A DNA stretch of 64,000 nucleotides from Macrostomum lignano (GCA_002269645.1 NIVC01002742.1:1-64000), one strand, 5' to 3'. Positions 1 through 13,099 are shown, numbered from the stretch's first letter. Made by a program: numbers and translations. The notes: generated from the sequence alone by a model not told the origin.

Positions 1-205
1 AGAATAGGAAGAAATGGGGAGAAATGAGGATAGATGGGGAGAAATAGGGAAAAATGAGGAGAAATGCGGAGAAATTGGGAGAAAAGAGGATAAAATGGGG
101 AGAAATGGGTTGAAATGGCGGGAAATGGTGGAAATGGGAAGAAATATGAAGAAATAGGAGATGGGGAGAAATGATTGGAGAAATGGGAGAGATCGGAAGA
201 CCGGG
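1..205. repeat. Degenerate purine-rich ~10-bp repeat (GGAGAAATG-like)
   Basis: Visible recurrence of ggagaaat. Confidence 0.7.
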
Positions 206-618
206 AAGAAGCATTCGATATGAACAGTAAATTGCATTTTAGAGTAGCTAAACTACTAGCTGTTATACCTCATAGCTCAGTGCATGAATTCAAATAATAA
301 TTTTCAGTTCATTCTGGTGCCAATGCAGCTTGCAGAGTTAACAATCAGGGCAATTCAAACCATTTATACTGAGTAACCTGGGCCTCGCAGAACCGGGCCT
401 GTCCCTAACAAATTTCGATTAATAATTTTTCCGACTACTGCAAGGCACTCGCAGCTCGAACGCAATTGGCCTAGGAAGAAGGAAGGAAAAAATGCAGGCA
501 GCTTTTAAGACTTTCAGGCTTGCATACTGCAGTAAGCCAGCTATATTAAAAAGGAAAATTAATTTGCTGCTTTCGTGCTTGTAGTTGAAATAGGCTATTT
601 CTGTTCGAATTCGCATTC

Positions 619-687
619 ATGAACTTGCTGCTCAGCTGCCTGTCGGGCCCACCAGAGCCCAGAAATTTTAGCTGGAACCAACAATGT
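619..687 (+). CDS. BCAR1: Cas putative exon 1 (MNLLLSCLSGPPEPRNFSWNQQC)
   Basis: ATG 619, phase-0 donor GTAAGC at 688, 76-nt intron to CAG at 763. Confidence 0.55.
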
Positions 688-3600
688 GTAAGCTCAATTA
701 AAAGCAAATAAATTTTGTTATTTAAAATTTTCATTTCAATACTGAAATTTCAAATGTCCGCAGGCGCTGCTGGCCAAGGCTCTGTACGACAATCAGTCCA
801 GCTACGAGACCGAGCTGCACTTTCAGCGGGACGCTATCCTGACGGTGCTGGACCAGCAGCCACCGGGGCTGACTGGCTGGTGGCTCTGCGCATACAGGGG
901 CAGAACCGGGATCGCACCGGCCAACAGGTTGCAGCTGATTGGCGTGCTGGAGGTGAGCCGGGTGGCTGTCGGAAGGGGGGTGTTTATGGGTGTCAGAAGG
1001 GGGTGTTTATGGCGTCAGAAGGGGGTGTTTATTGGTGTCAGAAGAGGGGTGTTTATTGGTGTCAGAAGGGGGTGCTTTATTGGTGTCAGAAGGGGGTGTT
1101 TATTGGTGTCAGAAGAGGGGTGTTTATTGGTGTCAGAAGGGGGTGTTTATTGGTGTCAGAAGGGGGTGTTTATTGGTGTCAGAAGGGGGTGTTTATGGGT
1201 GTCAGAAGGGGGGTGTTTATGGGCGTCAGAAGATGGGTGTTTATTGGTGTCAGAAGGGGGTGTTTATGGGTGTCAGAAGGGGGTGTTTATTGGCGTCAGA
1301 AGATGGGTGTTTATTGGTGTCAGAAGAGGGGTGTTTATTGGTGTCAGAAGGGGGTGTTTATTGGTGTCAGAAGGGGGTGTTTATTGGTGTCAGAAGGGGG
1401 TGCTTTATTGGTGTCAGAAGGGGGTGTTTATTGGTGTCAGAAGGGGGTGTTTATTGGTGTCAGAAGGGGGTGTTTATTGGTGTCAGAAGGGGGGGTTTAT
1501 GGGTGTCAGAAGAGGGGTGTTTATGGGTGTCAGAAAGGGGAGTGTTTATTGGTGTCAGAAGGGGGTGTTTATTGGTGTCAGAAGGGGGTGTTTATTGGTG
1601 TCAGAAGGGGTGTTTTATTGGTGTCAGAAGGGGGTGTTTTATTGGTGTCAGAATGGGGTGTTTATTGGTGTCAGAAGGGGGTGTTTATTGGTGTCAGAAG
1701 GGGGTGCTTTATTGGTGTCAGAAGGGGGTGTTTATTGGTGTCAGAAGGGGGTGTTTATTGGTGTCAGAAGGGGGTGTTTATTGGTGTCAGAAGGGGGGGT
1801 TTATGGGTGTCAGAAGAGGGGTGTTTATGGGTGTCAGAAAGGGGAGTGTTTATTGGTGTCAGAAGGGGGTGTTTATTGGTGTCAGAAGGGGGTGTTTATT
1901 GGTGTCAGAAGGGGTGTTTATTGGTGTCAGAAGGGGTGTTTTATTGGTGTCAGAATGGGGTGTTTATTGGTGTCAGAAGGGGGTGTTTATTGGTGTCAGA
2001 AGAGGGGTGTTTATTGGTGTCAGAAGGTGGTGTTTATTGGTGTCAGAAGAGGGGTGTTTATTGGTGTCAGAAGGGGGTGTTTATTGGTGTCAGAAGGGGG
2101 TGTTTATGGGTGTCAGAAGAGGGGTGTTTATGGGTGTCAGAAAGGGGAGTGTTTATTGGTGTCAGAAGGGGGTGTTTATGGCTGTCGGAAGGGGGAGGTT
2201 CATGGGATGTCAGAATGTCAGATGTCAGACAGTTGGGTTTTTGGCTGTTGTTTTGGACGGGATACAGGACAAGTTGTTAAATTTAATGATTTAATGGAGG
2301 TGTCTTACGGGTTATTTGCCTATTTAGTAAATTTGTAAACCTTAAGCTCATTACAGGAGGTGCATATAATTAAACAGCCCGAGCTCCACGTACCTCTCTG
2401 CCCCAAACAGTGAACTGAAATGACCAATATGCATTTGCATTGCACGCACACATTGCAGGCATAATCTACCCTGTGCGATTCCGTTAATACTGCATATGCT
2501 GAAAAGGCAAACAAGATGAATGCATTGCTAATTGGCATATTTGGTGTACTCAAATCTGTTGGCACTATTAAGCAGGTACGGGGGGCGCAGCACAGAGAAT
2601 GGAGGGTCCGGTGGGTTTCGAAAAAGCTGAGAACCCCCCCCCCCCTAGCTACTCGACTCGAATAGGGGGAGAGAAGACGGTGAGCCCAAGTGGAGCATGG
2701 TTTACCCTCTGCTTTTCTCTCTCTAGTGCGGGGCAGTGCGGCAGGAGTGTACACAACCGAGAGCTCGTACTTGCTTGTATTAAACGCACCAATTCTCCTA
2801 ATATAAATTAGATAGGCTTATATAGCTATATAGTGCCTTGCTAGTGCATTTGAAGCTCGATATATTATACTCTGATATTCAAAGTCAGTTTTAAGTCAAG
2901 CTTATATATACATATTCGTTATCTAAGCAGAGCTCTTTAGTAGGAACCCAGCAGTTGTTGTGTCTGGCCTAGCAACAGCAGAAGCAGCAATGATTTGACA
3001 ACTTTTTGTCCTCTCTTTGTTGACGATTTGAAAACCGCCCGGCATGCCGTTCTGGCAGAAATTTTTCTGCTGCACTGGCGGCAAATCGGTGAGGAAAACT
3101 TCTATCAATATTGCATTTCTGTTTTCTGAAATAGTTATTTTATTTACTAGCCCACAGAGTTCCCCTAGTTCCTCTGTGTTTGGGGTGAAGGAATTCCCCT
3201 AGTTGCTTTGTGTTTGGGGTGAAGGAGTTCCCCTAGTTCCCCTGTGTTGGGGGTGATGGAATTCCCCTAGTTCCTCTGTCTTAAAGGTGACGGAATTCCC
3301 CTAGTTTCTCTGTATTGTGGATGACGGAATTCCCCTAGTTTCTCTGTATTGTGGATGACGGAATTCCCCTAGTTCCTCTGAGTTGCGGGTGACGGAATTC
3401 CCCTAGTTCCTCTGTTAAAGGTGAAGGAATTCCCTTAGTTTCTCTGTGTTGCGGGTGACGGAATTCCCCTAGTTTCTCTGTGTTGCGGGTGACGGAATTC
3501 CCCTAGTTTCTCTGTGTTGCGGGTGACGGAATTCCCCTGATCCATCTGTGGGGATGCAGCATTAACACGTCGAATTGTCACTAATCACAAAACATACAGT

Positions 3601-6600
3601 AATATGTTACAAATTAGGCAATTGCACTTAAATACTTAAATCTGGCACTGCATTAATGATCAGTATTACACAGGAACCCTGCGCCATTGCGTTGAAAAAG
3701 TAAATGCTATTTTATAATAACTTAGCAAGACTCTCTTCGCGGAGTGCATGGCACAAAAACAATTCGCATCTTTTGGGGCAGGAAAAATATTAATTTTCAC
3801 CGCCCGAGTCATCAAAGCGAGCTGTGGGCACAAAGTATGAGCACTGGGCTGGCTTGTGGGCGGTGACGTTGCCACGGTCTCATACCGCCCCTCATAATTT
3901 TTTATGGCTGACTTGCGAACCAAACGGCGGGACGTCAGAGACTGCGCAGCTAATGAGAGAGAGATGAGAGAGAGGGAGAGGGGGTAGAGAGGAAGAGGGA
4001 CGATGAGACGGCAAACGGAGAAAGTAAGAGTGAATTGTGAATATAGAAAAGGGCGATTGAGACAGTATGAAGAAAAACATGAAAGACGTAGGCGGAGAAG
4101 TAGGGAGAAGAGGAGAGAGGTAGACAGAGAAGTAGGAAGAAGAGGAGAGAGGTAGACAGAGAAGTAGGAAGAAGAGGAGAGAGGTAGACAGAGAAGTAGG
4201 AAGAAGAGGAGAGACGTAGACGGAGAAGTAGGAAGAAGAGGAGAGAGGTAGACGGAGAAGTAGGGAGAAGAGGAGAGAGGTAGACGGAGAAGTAGGGAGA
4301 AGAGGAGAGAGGTAGACGGAGAAGTAGGGAGAAGAGGAGGAGGTAGACGGAGAAGTAGGGAGAAGAGGAGAGACGTAGACAGAGAAGTAGGGAGAAGAGG
4401 AGGGAGGTAGACGGAGAAGTAGGGAGAAGAGGAGAGAGGTAGACGTTGAAGTAGGCAGTAGGGACGAGGGAGAGGTAGACAGGGTGGGAGGGAGACAGAG
4501 GATAGCAATCACTGTCAAATCAGGTGTAATCTTCATTAAAAGAGATGAGAAATTTCAACCAGTCCACAGGGCCAACGCCGTGGCCAGACTTGGTCGCTCA
4601 GACCATACCGAAAAACTGGATAAAAGCAGCCAAAAGCCTGCCTCTCACTTGCCGATTCTTCTTCTCCGAACCTGCAGGCGCCGGATGACGCAGAGGGAGG
4701 TAAATCGACAAAACGGAAAAAGTCTCCAGCTGCTCGTCAGGACGCCGCAACGACGGCAGCAGCTGCGAACGCCTCTCTACGCCAGGGACAACAGTCGAGC
4801 TCGGCCTGGGACCTCTACGACAACACGGGTTCTCAACCGGCCGCTGTCGCCGATTCACCCTCCGCTGTGCACCACTCGCAGTCGCCTCCGACGTCCACCT
4901 CGTCGCCGTCCCTTCCGACTCAGCAGGTCAACGGCGGCGCAAGCGGCAGCAACCTGCTGCTGTTCCTCGGCAGGCAGCCAAAGTCTGTGAGATTCAACGA
5001 CAGTCAAGCGGCAGGTAATTTCGGTAACAGCGCTAGTGTCGGTGCCGGCGGCGGCGGCGGTCCCGGCGGCCCAGGAACTGGCAGCGGCGGCAACGGAACG
5101 CCGGACAGTTTCTACGACGACTTAAAGAACCTCGACTACGCCGTTGTGCCTCCTAGCGGCATTGCGGCGCCAAACTACGACGAGCTTCCAAGCCAAGCGG
5201 AGCTGCGCGCCCCCGGCGCCAAAGATGACAGCGACTACGCGCTGCCGCCCGCGCACCCGGTGGCCTCCACAGACGGGGACTACGACTACAGCATCGGGGG
5301 CAGCATCGCCGAGAGCGGCTGCTCAGACTACCAGAATATTAACGCCGCCGCGGCGGCCGCGTCTTCAATCGCGTCCTCGGAGTCGCCTCAGCCGCGAAAG
5401 CCTCAGCAGCAGCAGCAGCCGCAGCAGCACCGAATCACTCGCGAATTCCTTGATGACCTTCTTGCTTCCCCGGCTGGAGGCGGCAGCGGCAGCGGCCGTG
5501 AAAGCGGCAGCGTCAGCGACCTGCTGATGGAGTCGGACAAGCGCAGCCTGATGTCGAACACTGAGTCCATTGACTCCGAGGACATCGCCTTCCGGCCGGA
5601 GTGTCAGCTCCGCCTGACGCTGGCCGACGCCGTTGATCGGCTGCGCAAACTGGAGACGGACTTCAGCGAGCGCTGCTCTCGTCTCTACAAGTTCATCCAC
5701 AGTCGGTGGAAGGCGGAGGCTTCGTTGGCGTTGAACATGGCGAGCCTCCGACCGACTATCACAGAGTTGAATGAGCTGCTGGGCCAGCTAGTCGAGTTCC
5801 ACTACGGAGTGCTGAACAATGCCCGACTGGAGGCCTGTCCGGACAGGGCGCTCTGCAAAAAGGTGTGGAAACACCTGCGAGTGTTCGAACGGAACGCTAT
5901 GGAGTTTGCCGATGCCGTTGCTGGAATTCGTCGACTTGACTGGAACCCGCGGCTGGTGGCGGAGGCGTGCTCGGAGCAGGCGACTGACTACTTGGGCTTC
6001 TGCGTCAGCTCCGCTCGCGACCTGCAGATCCAGCAGAGGGCGCTTTCGACAGCCGTGCATGCCAACGCGCCTCTGCTATTTCCGGTGGCATTCGATCAAC
6101 TCGATGAGAAAGTTATCCCGATTGAGACAGAAGACTGGGGGCAGCAGCAACAGATGCAACGGTGCGACTGGGTGTAGCTCTGAGCTCTAGCTCTGGTGAC
6201 TGACTGTCTGACATTGTTGAGTATCTCTGACTGTGGTGTCTCCCCAACTCTCCGACCGATGAGTGTCTCTCTGACCGATGAGTGTCTCTTGTCCCTCTGA
6301 CCGATGAGTGTCTTCTGACCGTTTAGTGTCTCTCTGATCGTTAAGTGTCTCTCTGACCGATGAGTTTCCTCTGACCGATGAGTGTCTCTCTGACCGATGA
6401 GTGTCTCTCTGATCGATGAGTGTCTCTTGTCTCTCTGACCGATGAGTTTCCTCTGACCGTTGAGTGTCTCTCTGACCGATGAGTGTCTCTCTGACCGATG
6501 AGTTTCCTCTGACCGATGAGTGTCTCTCTGACCGATGAGTGTCTCTCTGACCGATGAGTGTCTCTTGTCTCTCTGACCGATGAGTTTCCTCTGACCGTTG

Positions 6601-8170
6601 AGTGTCTCTCTGACCGATGAGTGTCTCTCTGACCGATGAGTTGTCTCTCTGACCGATGAGTGTCTCTTGTCTCTCTGACCGATGAGTTTCCTCTGACCGA
6701 TGAGTATCTCTTGTCTCTCTGACCGATGAGTGTCTCTCTGACCGATGAGTGTCTCTTGTCTCTCTGACCGATGAGTTTCCTCTGACCGTTGAGTGTCTCT
6801 CTGACCGATGAGAGTCTCTCTGACCGATGAGTTGTCTCTCTGACCGATGAGTGTCTCTTGTCTCTCTGACCGATGAGTTTCCTCTGACCGATGAGTATCT
6901 CTTGTCTCTCTGACCGATGAGTTTCCTCTGACCGATGAGTTTCTCTTGTCTCTCTGACCGATGAGTTTCCTCTGACCGTTAAGTGTCTCTCTGACCGATG
7001 AGTTTCCTCTGACCGTTAAGTGTCTCTCTGACCGATGAGTGTCTCTCTGACCGATGAGTTGTCTCTCTGACCGATGAGTGTCTCTTGTCTCTCTGACCGA
7101 TGAGTTTCCTCTGACCGATGAGTGTCTCTCTGACCGATGAGTGTCTCTTGTCTCTCTGACCGATGAGTTTCCTCTGACCGTTAAGTGTCTCTCTGACCGA
7201 TGAGTTTCCTCTGACCGTTAAGTGTCTCTCTGACCGATGAGTTTCCTCTGACCGTTTAGTGTCTCTCTGACCGTTAAGTGTCTCTCTGACCAATGAGTGA
7301 CTCTCTGACTGATGAGTGTCTCTCTGACCGATGAGTTTCCTCTGACCGTTAAGTGTCTCTCTGACCGTTAAGTGTCTCTCTGACCGTTAAGTGTCTCTCT
7401 GACCGTTAAGTGTCTCTCTGACCGTTGAGTGTCTCTCTGACCGATGAGTGTCCTCTAACCGTTGAGTGTCTCTCTGACCGTTGAGTGTCTCTCTGACCGA
7501 TGAGTGTCTTTTCCGATCGTTAAGTCTCTCTTCGCTTGGATTGTGGTGCCTCCCTCTGACCGTAGTGTCTCGACTTTTTGGCGATGGATGACGGATCCAC
7601 AAACATCTCGAAACCATCAGTTCACTGTCTTTCTATTTGCACAGATTATCATTGGTTTCGTCACAATCAAGCGGGTCGCAGAACCAGAATGCGACATCGG
7701 ATTACATGCGCATGAACTTACTCACCGACTCAACCACCGGACTGCCGCCTGGCGACCGGGAACTCCTCGTCATATACAGCGAACGACTCCGCATGGGCAG
7801 CGAAGCTTACGCAGTCATGTGCCAGGACCTGCAGGGGGTGCTGTCTTCGCGCCAGTCATCCGGGGCAGTCATTGGCAGCCTCTGCCGCAGTCTGGTGTCC
7901 CGAGCCTACAAGCTGAGCCAGATGGCTGCCATGCTACACGAAGGCCTGCACTCGGTGCAGTTGAAGTCCGCCCTAGAACAGCTGATCAGCCGTCTGGGCC
8001 ACCAGCTCAAAGCTATTCTGCGCACATCCAAGGCAGTCATGGAGACGGCGCCGGCCGAGTGGCAGCAGCAGCTGGCCGGCCAGCTGTCGAAGTACATCGC
8101 CGAATCTTTGGACATGGTGCGCGAGCTAAGCCAGCTAGTGATGCTCAGAGCGACTGCGGGAGTGCATTGA
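619..8170 (+). CDS. BCAR1: Cas-family adaptor (p130Cas/BCAR1/NEDD9-like), 4 exons, ~755 aa
   Basis: join(619-687,764-952,4678-6161,7645-8170), 2268 nt in frame. SH3 ALLAKALYDN...GWWLC...GIAPANRL resembles Cas VLAKALYDN...GWWLC...GIVPGNRL; serine-rich helical bundle in exon 3; C-terminal Cas/FAT domain LPPGDRELLVIYSE. Exon 1 and the 6162 donor are least certain. Confidence 0.9.
764..952 (+). CDS. BCAR1: Cas exon 2, SH3 domain
   Basis: Acceptor ccgcag|, donor |gtgagc; ALLAKALYDNQSSYETELHFQRDAILTVLDQQPPGLTGWWLCAYRGRTGIAPANRLQLIGVLE. Confidence 0.93.
965..2190. repeat. 23-bp minisatellite GTGTCAGAAGGGGGTGTTTATTG (Cas intron 2)
   Basis: Tandem array beginning about 12 nt after the donor. Confidence 0.95.
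3152..3540. repeat. 34-bp minisatellite GGAATTCCCCTAGTTTCTCTGTGTTGCGGGTGAC (Cas intron 2)
   Basis: Tandem units. Confidence 0.9.
4085..4460. repeat. 32-bp purine-rich minisatellite AGGTAGACGGAGAAGTAGGGAGAAGAGGAGAG (Cas intron 2)
   Basis: Tandem units. Confidence 0.9.
4678..6161 (+). CDS. BCAR1: Cas exon 3, substrate region plus serine-rich four-helix bundle
   Basis: Acceptor cctgcag|, in frame with ORF 4867-6177; phase-2 donor cg|gtgcga matches the next acceptor. Confidence 0.85.
6255..7510. repeat. 18/19/26-bp minisatellite CTGACCGATGAGTGTCTCT (Cas intron 3)
   Basis: Fills most of the intron. Confidence 0.95.
7645..8170 (+). CDS. BCAR1: Cas exon 4, C-terminal Cas-family (FAT-like) domain
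   Basis: Acceptor ttgcacag|, ORF 7637-8170, stop TGA. Confidence 0.88.
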
Positions 8171-8324
8171 GGGTTTGAGGACTCGACAGACAGACTTTTC
8201 CAGTTGAAATTATTGCATAGTGATATTGTTGGTTGTGCTTTCGTCCTTGCCTCTCTTTGTTCTGCTCATGCCCTTTTTCCCAGTGTCCTCTGAACTCTAC
8301 GCATGTAGGACCTCAAAGGTGCTG

Positions 8325-9490
8325 TCCCCCATCAATGTGTCTCCTGGTTCACTCCCCCATTGATGTGTCTCCTGGTTCACTTCCCCATCGATGTGTCTCC
8401 TGGTTCACCTCCCCCATCGATGTGTCTCCTGGTTCACTCCCCCATTGATGTGTCTCCTGGTTCACTTCCCCATCGATGTGTCTCCTGGTTCACTCCCCCA
8501 TCGATGTGTCTCCTGGTTCACTCCCCCATTGATGTGTCTCCTGGTTCACTTCCCCATCGATGTGTCTCCTGGTTCACTTTCCCATCGATGTGTCTCCTGG
8601 TTCACTTTCCCATTGATGTGTCTCCTGGTTCACTTCCGCATCGATGTGTCTCCTGGTTCACTCCCCCATTGATGTGTCTCCTGGTTCACTTCCCCATCGA
8701 TGTGTCTCCTGGTTCACTTTCCCATCGATGTGTCTCCTGGTTCACTCCCCCATTGATGTGTCTCCTGGTTCACTTCCCCATCGATGTGTCTCCTGGTTCA
8801 CTTTCCCATCGATGTGTCTCCTGGTTCATTTTCCCATTGATGTGTCTCCTGGTTCACTCCCCCATTGATGTGTCTCCTGGTTCACTCCCCCATTGATGTG
8901 TCTCCTGGTTCACTTTCCCATCGATGTGTCTCCTGGTTCACTCCCCCATCGATGTGTCTCCTGGTTCACTTCCCCATCGATGTGTCTCCTGGTTCACTTT
9001 CCCATCGATGTGTCTCCTGGTTCATTTTCCCATTGATGTGTCTCCTGGTTCACTTCCGCATCGATGTGTCTCCTGGTTCACTTCCCCATTGATGTGTCTC
9101 CTGGTTCACTTCCCCATCGATGTGTCTCCTGGTTCACTTCCCCATCGATGTGTCTCCTGGTTCACTTCCCCATCGATGTGTCTCCTGGTTCACTTCCCCA
9201 TCGATGTGTCTCCTGGTTCACTTCCGCATCGATGTGTCTCCTGGTTCACTTCCCCATCGATGTGTCTCCTGGTTCACTTCCCCATTGATGTGTCTCCTGG
9301 TTCACTTCCGCATCGATGTGTCTCCTGGTTCACTCCCCCATTGATGTGTCTCCTGGTTCACTTCCCCATCGATGTGTCTCCTGGTTCACTTCCCCATCGA
9401 TGTGTCTCCTGGTTCACTTTCCCATCGATGTGTCTCCTGGTTCACTTCCCCATCGATGTGTCTCCTGGTTCACTTCCCCATCGATGCGTC
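8325..9490. repeat. 28-bp minisatellite ATCGATGTGTCTCCTGGTTCACTTCCCC (3' of Cas)
   Basis: About 40 tandem units. Confidence 0.95.
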
Positions 9491-10324
9491 TCCTCATGGC
9501 CTTCGTCCTCAGGAATGTGTCTCCTCCACCGCTTCACATCACCATTGATATGTCTTCTGTTGCATGCTCTATGAAGAAGTCATCAAATTATTTCTGCTAA
9601 GGTAAATTCTCAGGCACTACAACAGGAATAGTTGTTCAATCGAAGATTTACAGGTGGAATTTTGAGTTCGACACAAATATATTTATCCGCAGTGACGCTA
9701 AAGCATCAGCTAAAAGCGCTTTCCAACAACAAATAGATTGGCAGAATGACTCGAACTACGCTCGTACAAGTAGATTACATGCTTCGCTTCGCACATCAAT
9801 GCCGAATTTATGCTTCTCTGGTTGCTATGGAGACTCAATTTTTTTCTGCAGCTGCGTCAACTGCTTAATTTTTTGCATGTACGAATGCAAGCAGAAGTAT
9901 TGATAAATTATGAATATTAATTTTGCATGCATATTGCTCGATCTTCCGTTACCGTTTGTTTGTACAGTAAATTGTTGTTAACAATCGATGTATTACCGCT
10001 GATGCAAGTTGCTCAATTTTTACGTGCTCGGTCGATCTCAACTCGATCGGTGAACAACGTGCCTCTATTTCTTTTAAGCCTGCTTTGATAGATCTTAACA
10101 AACTACAGGAGGAAAAGAAGAATCTGAAAAAGAAACAGGAAATTCATAGCTTGCAGCCTACTTGCAGTAGTGTAGCTAGAAAATGACTGTTCAAAAATAA
10201 CAAAAAGGTTCAATTTAGTTTAAAATGGTTCTAAAATTGGACCCCCAAATATAAGAGGCAATCAAGCTCGACGAATGATAGGAGCTCAACTTTTGCTACT
10301 CCTGAACGTGATATCCACCGGCCA

Positions 10325-10850
10325 GAGAGACAGGGGCGCCCACCAAGAATCACTGGTGTCCATCAAGAGACAGGGGTGCCCATCAAGAGACAGGGGCGCC
10401 CACCAAGAATCACTGGTGCCCATCAAGAGACAGGGGTGCCCACCAAGAGACAGGGGTGCCCATCAAGAGACAGGGGCGCCCACCAAGAATCACTGGTGCC
10501 CATCAAGAGACAGGGGTGCCCACCAAGAGACAGGGGCGCCCACCAAGAGACAGGGGCGCCCACCAAGAGACATTGGTACCCACCAAGAGACAGGGGTGCC
10601 CACCAAGAGACAGGGGCGCCCACCAAGAGACAGGGGTGCCCACCAAGAGACAGGGGCGCCCACCAAGAGACAGGGGTACCCACCAAGAGACAGGGGTGCC
10701 CACCAAGAGACAGGGGCGCCCACCAAGAGACAGGGGTGCCCACCAAGAGACAGGGGCGCCCACCAAGAGACAGGGGTGCCCACCAAGAGACAGGGGTGCC
10801 CACCAAGAATCACTGGTGCCCACCAACAAGAGATAGGGGCGCCCACCAAG
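10325..10850. repeat. 20-bp minisatellite CACCAAGAGACAGGGGTGCC
   Basis: Tandem units upstream of the hb-like gene. Confidence 0.95.
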
Positions 10851-11867
10851 ACACAAAACTATGGCATACCTTATGCTTGCGGCCCCTTCTAGTTGAAATC
10901 GATTGTCTTCTAAACAGACTGGCTGGACCTCTTCAAAATACAATTAATTTGACCTCGTCATAGCACAACTGAACGCACGAATCTAACAAGTACCGAATAC
11001 CTGAGTCGGCATTAGCAAAGCTCTTAAAATGCGATAAGTTTATTGGGTAGGAAATGTTTGAAAATAGTGCCTTTCTTAATTTGAAATCCATCAACACTTA
11101 AAACCCAGGCATTTCCATTCAGCTGCAAAACGAATTTCGGCCTTTTCTAGAAAGCAGAAGCCGCTGCGAAGTTTGCAAGCTGAAAAAAGTAACCAATTTT
11201 TAAAACGTCTTTTTTAACTGCCATAAACTGCCTCGACAGCTTTCACAACATTTCACGGCCGTGTTGACGAATTGTAAATTAGAGCGAGCGCCACCTGATG
11301 TAAACAAAACACACCAGCAGATTCAAAAACTTCATAAAAAAGTAGATTCTGCATTGAACAAAAAACCCACACACATATTGCATCTGCGATTCTTCAGCGT
11401 GCTGCAACAGCATGCGAGCGGAGCTGATAAGGAGGAATGGGGTGTGCAATATACTGGTGTAACGGCAGTTTGTTAAGATGATATTGCTGGTCGAATGGCC
11501 GCTGTTGACCTGCCGGACTTGTATAGGGGTTTTTTACCCCCGCATGCCTGCCCATGTGTGCGCTGTGCTTGAAGTTTTTCCTTTTGGCAAACTCTGCTTC
11601 TGTAGTATAGAAACTTGTTGCAGAGATCTTCTTTGGCCAGGAGGAAAGGTCGGCATTTTTTGATTGGCCGGGTGAAAATTATTCGACAAAGTGTCTTTTA
11701 TTTTGAATTGCGGCTTCTCTCTGCCATCTCTCGCTCCAAGATTAATTACCGTAGCCAAAGCCTGTGAAGGATTATATAATAAAGGAGCTCTGCGTGTTTA
11801 ACAACCGCAGGTAACAATCTTTGTAAATCTCGTCGCCCAACAACTGCTGAAGCTCCTGGAAGCTGAG

Positions 11868-11930
11868 ATGTCAGCAGCTGCTGTCAAACGGTTCCGCTGC
11901 AGGAGGTGTCCGTTTGAAGCCGGCACCAAG
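11868..11930 (+). CDS. hb: hunchback-like exon 1 ([21 protein letters not shown])
   Basis: Supplies the CxxC of finger 1; donor aag|gtatga. Confidence 0.85.
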
Positions 11931-12867
11931 GTATGAATGCTCTGGGAATGTCTTGATTGACAGGGTGGTGTGGATGCTCTGGGAATGTCTTGATTTACAG
12001 GGTGGTGTGAATGCTCTGGGAATGTCTTGATTTACAGGGTGGTGTGAATGCTCTGGGAATGTCTTGATTTACAGGGTGGTGTGAATGCTCTGGGAATGTC
12101 TTGATTGACAGGGTGGTGTGAATGCTCTGGGAATGTCTTGATTGACAGGGTGGTGTGAATGCTCTGGGAATGTCTTGATTGACAGGGTGGTGTGAATGCT
12201 CTGGGAATGTCTTGATTGACAGGGTGGTGTGAATGCTCTGGGAATGTCTTGATTGACAGAGTGGTGTGAATGCTCTGGGAATGTCTTGATTGACAGAGTG
12301 GTATGAATGCTCTGGGAATGTCTTGATTGACAGGGTGGTGTGAATGCTCTGGGAATGTCTTGATTGACAGGGTGGTATGAATGCTCTGGGAATGTCTTGA
12401 TTGACAGGGTGCAAATATAGGGTCTGTCTGCGATCTTCTACCTGCCTTCTCACAGTCCTTCATCTCACGGTCCTTCATCTCCAACCCCGCATCTCTCATT
12501 TAAATTAATCTCAACCAAATCCCGAACCCTCTGCCAAGACGGAGTTGTGGCGTCACTCGCGCAGCCACATGCGGCCGGAGCGAACTCTGCAGTGCCCCAG
12601 CTGCGAGTTCGTCACCGAGCACCGGCATCACCTGCTCTATCACGAGCGTAACCATAGCAACCAGAAGCCGTTCGCCTGCGACGAGTGCAACTACAGGTGC
12701 GTGAACCGCAGCATGCTGAATTCGCACAAGAGGTCGCATTCAACTCAGAGGCAGTTCACCTGCCGAGACTGCGGCTACGCTACTAAATACCGGCACTCGC
12801 TGCTCAGTCATCTCAAGAAACGAGGTCACGGACCACCTCTGATGATGAAGCCAACGGAGCAGCTTCA

Positions 12868-12905
<38 letters not shown>

Positions 12906-13015
12906 TGGGCCAAGAGATTGTCGAGTTCTGGCGGCTGATCGGAGCTGCCGCTGCCGCCGCTGCAGCTGTGGCGGCCGCCTCAGCGGCAGCTGGGAAACCA
13001 AATACTGAGAGTTGA
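11868..13015 (+). CDS. hb: Hunchback-like C2H2 zinc-finger protein, 2 exons, ~179 aa
   Basis: join(11868-11930,12539-13015). Four fingers CRRC...HSRSH, CPSC...HERNH, CDEC...[35 protein letters not shown] match the central Hunchback fingers (VNKSMLNSH, YATKYCHS). Frame is also open back to a CAG at 11810. Confidence 0.9.
11931..12410. repeat. 37-bp minisatellite TGAATGCTCTGGGAATGTCTTGATTGACAGGGTGGTG (hb intron)
   Basis: Starts at the donor itself. Confidence 0.95.
12539..13015 (+). CDS. hb: hunchback-like exon 2 (fingers 1b-4, polyQ/polyA tail)
   Basis: Acceptor ctgccaag|, ORF 12545-13015. Confidence 0.92.
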
Positions 13016-13099
13016 TGAAGCATCGCTGAGTGAGAAGCTGCATCTCTGGGAAATTAATAGTTTCGGGGGGAACATACTGCCTGCTCTCGGAATGTATTG

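Noticed and set aside
715-2338. Long ORFs of 434-521 aa (GVRRG/CQKG repeats)
   Set aside because: Read-through of the 23-bp intronic array; only 764-952 is a real exon.
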